DNA from: Spirochaetales bacterium
GTDB taxonomy: Bacteria; Spirochaetota; Spirochaetia; Treponematales; Treponemataceae
DNA: 64,000 nt
Direction of reading: 5' to 3'
Assembly (NCBI GenBank): GCA_030540405.1
Contig: JAUNWH010000009.1
Coordinates: 2,948-66,947, forward strand
Below, piece by piece: positions 58,401 to 64,000 of the stretch (the stretch's first letter is position 1; each line of letters begins with the position of its first letter). The position numbers and the translations under genes were made by a program. The notes under the pieces were generated by a model. That model had not been told where the DNA came from and ran no database searches. It saw nothing but the letters and a program-made list of their open reading frames with translations.

Positions 58401-58429
58401 ATTATAAGCCTGCTTGTTGAATTTTGCAA
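58401..58429 (-). promoter_or_regulatory. Candidate sigma-70 promoter of the PilZ / YihY-CAP_ED operon
   Basis: Minus strand reads TTGCAA (58429-58424), 17-nt spacer, TATAAT (58406-58401). Confidence 0.55.
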
Positions 58430-58512
58430 ATAACAAAACAGACTTGCCATACTGAACAAAATGCACAGCATGGCTTTGTTGCGGACAAACTTATGTCTGA
58501 CCTTAAATTCTT

Positions 58513-59973
58513 TTAGAAATCTGCGAGTTTTGGTGCCCGTGGATAAGGAATTACGTCGCGGATATTTTCCATCCCTGTAACGTAACGGATAAGGCGCTCA
58601 AAGCCTAGCCCGAATCCTGAGTGAGGCACGGTACCGAATCTGCGCAAATCAAGATACCATTGATAGTTTGACATATCCATCTTGCGTTCCTCGCACGCCT
58701 TGAGCAATTTTTCGTAGTTTTCTTCACGTTCAGAACCGCCAATCAGTTCACCAATTCCAGGAACAAGAACATCAACAGCCTTTACAGTTTTTCCGTCGTC
58801 ATTCTGTTTCATGTAGAAAGATTTTATTTCTTTTGGATAGTTAAAAACCATTACAGGGCAACCGAAAATCTTTTCTGTAAGATAACGTTCGTGTTCAGTT
58901 GCAATGTCGCAGCCCCAGTACGGCTTGAATTCAAATTTCGCTCCGTTCTTTTCTGCTTCTTCAAGTTTTGCAATCGCGTCTGTGTAAGAAATTCGCACGA
59001 ACTTTGCTTTTGCGACTTTTTCAAGGCTTTCAATAAGACCAGGCTGAATTCTTTTGTCAAAAAATTCCAAGTCTGAGCGACATTTTGTTAAAGCCCAGTT
59101 CAAAAGATATTTTACAAAATCTTCCTGGATATCCATGTCGTCATCAAGGTCAAAGAACGCCATTTCCGGCTCAATCATCCAGAATTCAGCCAAGTGGCGC
59201 GGAGTATTTGAATTTTCTGCGCGGAAAGTAGGTCCAAAAGTGTAAACGCGGCTTAATGCGGTTGCCATTGTTTCTGCTTCAAGCTGACCGGAAACTGTGA
59301 GCGATGCCTTTTTGCCGAAGAAATCTTTTGAATAGTCAACAATTTTATGCGCGTCCTCAATTTTCATTCCACCAGCGCCTGCTTTTACGCCAAGCTCAGC
59401 AATTTTTTCCATGGAAAGAGTTGTAACCTGAAACATTTCGCCTGCGCCTTCACAGTCAGAGCAAGTAATTTCCGGTGCGTTGATGTACTGGAATCCGCGC
59501 TCCTGAAAAAACGAGTGAACGGCAAAAGCCATCTGGTTTCGCACACGGTAAACTGCGCCAAAAGTATTTGTTCTGGCACGAAGATGAGCGTTTGTGCGAA
59601 GATATTCCATGGACATCCGGTTTTTCTGCAACGGATATTCTTCCGGATTGCATGTGCCAAGACATTTTAGGCTTTCAAGAGTAACTTCCACAGCCTGACC
59701 GCTAGCCGGCGAAGAAATCAGAAGCCCTTCCGCGCGGACAGAAGCCCCGGTATTCAATTTTTTTAATTCTTCTTCTATATTATTTACATTTGCATTTGGA
59801 GAAGGTGAATTTCTGTCAAAAGTAAGCTGAATGTTTGCGAAGCAGCTTCCGTCATTTACCTGAATGAAAACAAGATTTTTTGAATCGCGTACAGAACGAA
59901 TCCATCCGCAAACTGTAACTTTTTGACTTTCCGGTTTTGTAGAAAGCAAATCTTTGATAAGAATAGGTGTCAT
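58513..59973 (-). CDS. asnS: Asparagine--tRNA ligase
   Basis: Class IIb motifs including FRAENSNTPRHLAEFWMIEPE and GLGFERL. 486 aa. Confidence 0.93.
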   Translation of the reverse strand: MTPILIKDLLSTKPESQKVTVCGWIRSVRDSKNLVFIQVNDGSCFANIQLTFDRNSPSPNANVNNIEEELKKLNTGASVRAEGLLISSPASGQAVEVTLESLKCLGTCNPEEYPLQKNRMSMEYLRTNAHLRARTNTFGAVYRVRNQMAFAVHSFFQERGFQYINAPEITCSDCEGAGEMFQVTTLSMEKIAELGVKAGAGGMKIEDAHKIVDYSKDFFGKKASLTVSGQLEAETMATALSRVYTFGPTFRAENSNTPRHLAEFWMIEPEMAFFDLDDDMDIQEDFVKYLLNWALTKCRSDLEFFDKRIQPGLIESLEKVAKAKFVRISYTDAIAKLEEAEKNGAKFEFKPYWGCDIATEHERYLTEKIFGCPVMVFNYPKEIKSFYMKQNDDGKTVKAVDVLVPGIGELIGGSEREENYEKLLKACEERKMDMSNYQWYLDLRRFGTVPHSGFGLGFERLIRYVTGMENIRDVIPYPRAPKLADF

Positions 59974-60030
59974 AATTCTACAGTTTAATGAATTGATTTT
60001 ATATGGTCAATTAATGTTTTTAATCTGAAA

Positions 60031-60126
60031 GCGGTTCCTATTCTAAGCGGAAAGTGATTCCTGTTATAATAGGAAGGCAGTTCCTGTTTGAACAAAATAT
60101 TCATTCCTGCTGTAATAGGAACACTT
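60031..60126 (+). repeat. Four TTCCT-initiated units at exact 23-bp phasing (two diverged 46-bp tandem units)
   Basis: TTCCT at 60035, 60058, 60081 and 60104. Units 2 and 4 are near-palindromes TTCCTGTTATAATAGGAA and TTCCTGCTGTAATAGGAA. Confidence 0.85.
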
Positions 60127-60356
60127 TGTTTACTTTAGTAGGAATGTCTACAATTTTACACTGTATATAAATTTATACAGATAATTTTTTGCTTATCTGT
60201 CTACTTTTTTGTAATTTGATTCTGATTTTTCACTTTTTCTTTTTTCAGTAATATAATTTTTAGATTTTCTCTAAAATTGTATTTCCTTGAATTGCAAGAA
60301 AATATGTGTTAATTGAAATAAAAAAAAACTGTTTTTAAGCTGTGATCTTCTTAACT

Positions 60357-60372
60357 TGGCATAATATATGCT
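60357..60372 (+). promoter_or_regulatory. Candidate sigma-54 (-24/-12) promoter of the RpoS-like sigma gene
   Basis: TGGCAT-AATAT-ATGCT. GG and GC have exactly the spacing of the TGGCAC-N5-TTGCW consensus. The ATG lies 39 nt downstream. Confidence 0.6.
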
Positions 60373-60410
60373 ATTATACTATGAGATTAAAAAAGTTATG
60401 GAGTTTTGTT

Positions 60411-61229
60411 ATGGAAATTGATGTTGCCCACGGATACCTGGATTCATTGAAAAAATATCCGCTGCTTTCCGCCGATGAAGAAATCGCGCTTGCAAAAAGA
60501 ATCAAGTCTGGAGACAAGGAAGCGTTCAATCTTCTTGTAAATTCCAATCTTAGGCTTGTTGTGAGCGTTGCAGGAAGATTCAATAAAGGCGCATCTTGCA
60601 TTATGGATTTGATTCAGGAAGGAAACCTTGGACTTATGACTGCTGTCCAAAAATTTGATCCGGCATTTGGAACTAGATTTTCAACTTATGCCTACAGATG
60701 GATTGTGCAGCGTATAATGAAATTCATCAGTGCTAACAGTTCTCCGATTTTGCTTCCGGTGCACAGGGAATCTCTTTTGCGCCGTATCCAGAAGTTTCAG
60801 AATATTTTCTTTCAGCAGAACGGAAGAGAAGCCACGGTCAAGGAACTTGCGCTTTTTGCTGGAATTTCAGAAGAGAGGCTGAATGATGTTCTTGATACTT
60901 CTTATACAGTCGCATCTCTTGATGTTGAAGTTGCTGATGAAGGAAAAACGGTTTCGCTAGGCGATGTTATCCCGGACACGGCGTTTTCTCCAGAAGAACT
61001 TGCGGTCAGAGAGGATTCCAAAAGCTGCGTTAATTTTTTTATGGATTCTTTAACAGGAATAGAAAAGAGTGTTTTGTGGCATCGTTATAATTTTGACTAT
61101 GACTTGCATTCAAAAAGTTTGCGTGAAGTCGGTAAAATTGTCGGGCTGAGCCAAGAGGCGGTGCGCCAGGCTGAGCTCCGTGCCAAAAAACATCTTAAAT
61201 CTGCAATGGAGAGTGTTTTTGCTGTTTAG
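60411..61229 (+). CDS. Group-2-like alternative sigma-70 family factor (RpoS-like)
   Basis: Region 2 NLRLVVSVAGRF...DLIQEGNLGLMTAVQKFDP...FSTYAYRWIVQRI. Region 4 SLREVGKIVGLSQEAVRQAELRAKKHL. GGAG lies 7 nt before ATG 60411. 272 aa. Confidence 0.88.
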   Translation: MEIDVAHGYLDSLKKYPLLSADEEIALAKRIKSGDKEAFNLLVNSNLRLVVSVAGRFNKGASCIMDLIQEGNLGLMTAVQKFDPAFGTRFSTYAYRWIVQRIMKFISANSSPILLPVHRESLLRRIQKFQNIFFQQNGREATVKELALFAGISEERLNDVLDTSYTVASLDVEVADEGKTVSLGDVIPDTAFSPEELAVREDSKSCVNFFMDSLTGIEKSVLWHRYNFDYDLHSKSLREVGKIVGLSQEAVRQAELRAKKHLKSAMESVFAV

Positions 61230-61284
61230 GGCATTTTAGTCAGTTCTTAGTCTCCTTTTACTGTCAATTTCTCTTGCGCAGGTT

Positions 61285-61333
61285 GAGGGGCTTCGGTTGT
61301 GATTTTATTCAGCGCCGAAGCCTCTGTTTTTTT
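61285..61333 (+). terminator. Rho-independent terminator after the sigma gene
   Basis: GAGGGGCTTCGG ... CCGAAGCCTC (bulged stem) followed by TGTTTTTTT. Confidence 0.7.
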
Positions 61334-61367
61334 ATAAAGGTGTGTTTATCAATCCATTTAAAATGGC

Positions 61368-62303
61368 TTATTTTATTTTTATAGGTTCGGAGTCTATAGA
61401 TGCTGTTCTCCACATAAAATTTTCTTGACCTTCCATTTCAAGTTCAAAACTGTATGCATATTGTGCAATTAGGTGAGATTTGTTTGAACTGTCAAGAAAA
61501 TATTTGAATCCCTTTGATAATAACTCTGTATTATATTTATTTGAACAATAAGCTATGTTATTTGGGGTGCGATCAACTGCTTCGTATAATTCTTCCGAAG
61601 ATATTATTTCTTGCACGTCTCCTTTATAGTTTCCAAGCCAAAGAACTTCATTGTCAATGTCAGTTGCATCCCAGTTAATAGTGCTGCTGTTTGTTACGCT
61701 GTAGCTTATGAATGCCTTTACATTTTTCGCTTCTGGAGGAATGCAATCAATTATTTGGCAAGTTGGTTTTGTTCCATCGTATGACAGGTTCAAGTGTCTG
61801 CTTGATTTTAAATTTGAATAATCGATGTCGCCAATTCCATCTGTAGCAGTAATAGTTAGGAAATCTTCATAAGCATTTAGTCTGTCTCCGATTTCTATCT
61901 TAACACAAAATTTATATTTTTCTCCTGGCTCGCATAAAGGATAAAGAAAACTGAATTGTTCATTTGAAATTAATGGCACGTCTAGCTTTGTGCTGTACAA
62001 TCCATTTTCTTCAATTCTTTGAATTGATATGTATGTTGTTCCTTTTGGAGGCGTGATTGAAAATTTTATTCCGCCTTCTACTGCTGCACATTCTACTCGA
62101 TCGGTTTTTGTAATTTCAGCATATTCTCCTTCCTTTTTTATTTTTCGGCTTGGATTATATATAACACCGTCTTTCTTGATTCTAAGGTCAAGAACTCTTG
62201 AACTTGTATCATCTGAATCTGAACTGCTTGATCCGTCGGAACAGCTTGAAAAACAAATTGCACAAATCAATGAAATTCCAAAAATAAAGTTTCTAATTTT
62301 CAT
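61368..62303 (-). CDS. Lipoprotein of unknown function
   Basis: ATG 62303 preceded by GAGG. Signal peptide MKIRNFIFGISLICAICFSSC (lipobox FSSC), then an S/D-rich linker. 311 aa. Confidence 0.75.
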   Translation of the reverse strand: MKIRNFIFGISLICAICFSSCSDGSSSSDSDDTSSRVLDLRIKKDGVIYNPSRKIKKEGEYAEITKTDRVECAAVEGGIKFSITPPKGTTYISIQRIEENGLYSTKLDVPLISNEQFSFLYPLCEPGEKYKFCVKIEIGDRLNAYEDFLTITATDGIGDIDYSNLKSSRHLNLSYDGTKPTCQIIDCIPPEAKNVKAFISYSVTNSSTINWDATDIDNEVLWLGNYKGDVQEIISSEELYEAVDRTPNNIAYCSNKYNTELLSKGFKYFLDSSNKSHLIAQYAYSFELEMEGQENFMWRTASIDSEPIKIK

Positions 62304-62322
62304 TATAAAATACCTCAAGGTT

Positions 62323-62349
62323 ATTTTACCCCCCCCTAAATTTTGTCAA
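62323..62349 (-). promoter_or_regulatory. Sigma-70 promoter with a G8 tract in a 15-nt spacer
   Basis: Minus strand reads TTGACA-AAATTTA-GGGGGGGG-TAAAAT. Same layout as 24799-24825. Confidence 0.7.
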
Positions 62350-62425
62350 TCGTCCCGGCCATAAAATTAGGGTTTACGCATGAGAATAAATTTACACAGG
62401 AATTCAAATGTGATAAAATTTCCTC

Positions 62426-62590
62426 ATGGTGGAAGGATTTTTTGAGGAGATATCGGACAGCCGGCAGGAATGGAAGGTCTTGCACATCATTGATGAGATA
62501 CTGACAATCGTGATGTGCGGAGTAAGCGCCGGAGAGCTGACGATACACGGCATCCACGCATTTTCAACGATACATAAAAATCTACGTTGA
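62426..62590 (+). pseudogene. N-terminal stub of an ISAs1-family transposase (DDE_Tnp_1-associated domain)
   Basis: Translates to MVEGFFEEISDSRQEWKVLHIIDEILTIVMCGVSAGELTIHGIHAFS, then stops after 54 codons. The pattern FxxIxDxR...H.L.DIL.I.. is typical of ISAs1 N-termini. No DDE domain follows. Confidence 0.6.
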
Positions 62591-63539
62591 CGAAAATGCT
62601 CTTTCTGAAAACTGCAGCGGACAGTTCTTTTTGACAGGCTCGCAGATGTTCTATCTTATGAAAAATGTGAGCGAGTCTCTGGCCGGGCGTGTCGGAATTA
62701 TTTCGCTTTATTCGTTCAGCCGCCGGGAAATTTTCAGCCTTGATTCTGTTCCTTTTTTGCCGGCGAATGATTTTTCAAAAATCAAAAAGACTTCCGGAAA
62801 ATCTTCCGTTTTTGATGATATTTACCGCGGCGGAATGCCAAAAATGATTACAGACCCGGAGCTTTCTCCGGAGGATTTTTTTGGCTCTTATATGCAGACT
62901 TATTTGGAGCGCGACATCCGCGATTTAATCAATATAAAAAACGAGTCAAAATTCCTGAAATTTATTTCGTGTGCGGCCGCAAGAACTGCTCAGGATGTGA
63001 ATCTGTCTGACATTTCAAAAGATGTCGGAATCGACGGAAAGACGGCCGAAAGCTATCTGAGCATTCTTGTCGCATCCGGAATCGTCTATCTTCTTTCGCC
63101 TTATTCCGCAAACACGATAAAACGGATTGTAAAGCGTCCAAAGCTTTATTTCATGGACACGGGACTTTGCTGCTATTTGAGCCTCTGGAACAATCCTCAG
63201 GCTCTGGAAGTTTCCGCGATGGCAGGAAATATGTTTGAGACATACGTTGTTTCGGAAATCATAAAAAGCTATGCGAATGCCGGAATTGATGTGCGCAACA
63301 GGCTTTTTTACTACCGGGACAACAACAAAAAAGAAATTGACTTGCTGATAGTTCAGAACGGAAAAATCTATCCTGTCGAGATAAAAAAAGGAGCAAATCT
63401 GGCAAACGATGCCCTGAAGAATTTCAGCGTGCTTGAAAGCCTTGGAATGGAAACCGGAGACGGCGCGGTAATCTGTCAAAGCGATATGATAGTTCCGCTT
63501 GACAAAAAGAATAGCCTGATTCCATTTGAATATATTTGA
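62541..63539 (+). pseudogene. AAA ATPase of the AAA_14/DUF4143 family, 5'-truncated
   Basis: Frame is open from 62541 (YVDE...FFLTGSQMFYLM...SESLAGR). The DUF4143 block TYLERDIRDL...PKLYFMDTGL is intact, but the Walker A region is absent and replaced by the IS stub. Confidence 0.65.
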
Positions 63540-63618
63540 AGCGCGATGCGGCAGTTGAAATTGCAAACAGGAAAACAAAAAATGCAGATGAAGAAATATA
63601 AGCCGGGAGAAAGTTGAA

Positions 63619-63927
63619 ATGGAACTAAATTCTTCAAATAGTCCGAAAAGACAAATAAAAGGTTATGCGAATTTTAAGCGCGCTGAACTTATCGCAAGCC
63701 ACCCGGACTTGAAGAATCCTGACGACCCGAACATAATTTCAATAAAACGTTTTGCTTCTGCCGCTGAACTTTCAAACAGGTCTAAGAGCGAAGTTTTGAT
63801 TACTGTAAAGGAAAGCATTGCCAACGGGCATCATATTTATTCAATCGAGCTATTTAAAATAAATAAAGCCTCCGAAAAATTCAGAGGCTTGAGTGACGCG
63901 GCCAAAAACGGCGAACAGGGGAACTAA
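63619..63927 (+). CDS. Hypothetical protein (orphan, 102 aa)
   Basis: The only long ORF in this stretch. No recognisable motif. Lies in the decayed accessory patch and may be a gene fragment. Confidence 0.3.
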   Translation: MELNSSNSPKRQIKGYANFKRAELIASHPDLKNPDDPNIISIKRFASAAELSNRSKSEVLITVKESIANGHHIYSIELFKINKASEKFRGLSDAAKNGEQGN

Positions 63928-64000
63928 CACACCTCACGTCCATAATTTGAATATAACATAACAAGAATTGAATGTCAAACAGAAACAAATGCAAATGCAG

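Noticed and set aside
62336-62557. 73-aa minus-strand ORF between the lipoprotein gene and the ATPase remnant
   Set aside because: It starts inside the G8 promoter and is antisense to the ISAs1 stub, whose plus-strand translation has a recognisable family signature.
63015-63578. 187-aa minus-strand ORF antisense to the DUF4143 ATPase remnant
   Set aside because: The plus-strand frame carries the clear DUF4143 signature, and the antisense frame has none.
1-64000. Scan for CRISPR arrays, rRNA genes, intact IS elements or prophage blocks
   Set aside because: None seen. There are no regularly spaced direct repeats of 24-40 nt apart from the 23-bp phased block at 60031-60126, which has only four diverged units and no spacer-like unique inserts.

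Overview
AT-rich chromosomal segment that looks like a Treponema-type spirochaete. This is inferred from the infB-rbfA-truB-ribF-rpsO-pnp gene order, the protein signatures and the poly-G tracts, and was not checked against any database. I support about 55 protein-coding genes and 2 tRNAs (Leu-CAA, Arg-CCT), with no rRNA and no CRISPR array. Most of the window is core housekeeping: translation and RNA genes (infB, rbfA, truB/ribF, rpsO, pnp, tgt, tsaD, efp with earP, asnS, hpf), envelope genes (LptF/G-like permeases, OmpA-like, LysM/degenerate LytM, NlpC/P60), metabolism (pckG, lysC, dapB, ilvD, ilvB, guaA, a phosphohexomutase), parAB, rpoN, an RpoS-like sigma factor, two MATE pumps and an amino-acid ABC transporter. 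The only mobile-DNA trace is a decayed patch at 62.4-63.9 kb (ISAs1-type transposase stub plus a 5'-truncated AAA/DUF4143 ATPase). Signals worth a second look: (1) three exact G8 homopolymers, each directly 5' of a predicted lipoprotein gene. Two sit in an identical TTGACA-N7-G8-TAnAAT promoter with a 15-nt spacer, which suggests phase-variable promoters. (2) A correctly spaced sigma-54 -24/-12 element in front of the RpoS-like sigma gene, preceded by four 23-bp-phased TTCCT..AGGAA sites. rpoN lies in the same window, so this may be an RpoN-to-RpoS cascade. (3) A canonical single-domain PilZ gene translationally coupled to ilvB, in the slot where the ACT-domain small subunit ilvN is normally found. 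(4) A co-directional run of c-di-GMP/cNMP genes: REC-like-PilZ, YihY-CAP_ED fusion, a eukaryote-type long GMP synthase, and PAS-GGDEF-EAL. (5) A ghost copy of the ilvD 3' end that differs only at synonymous positions, next to a REP-like double-hairpin element also found after pckG. All promoter, terminator and function calls come from reading the sequence and motif knowledge only; nothing was searched or folded computationally.
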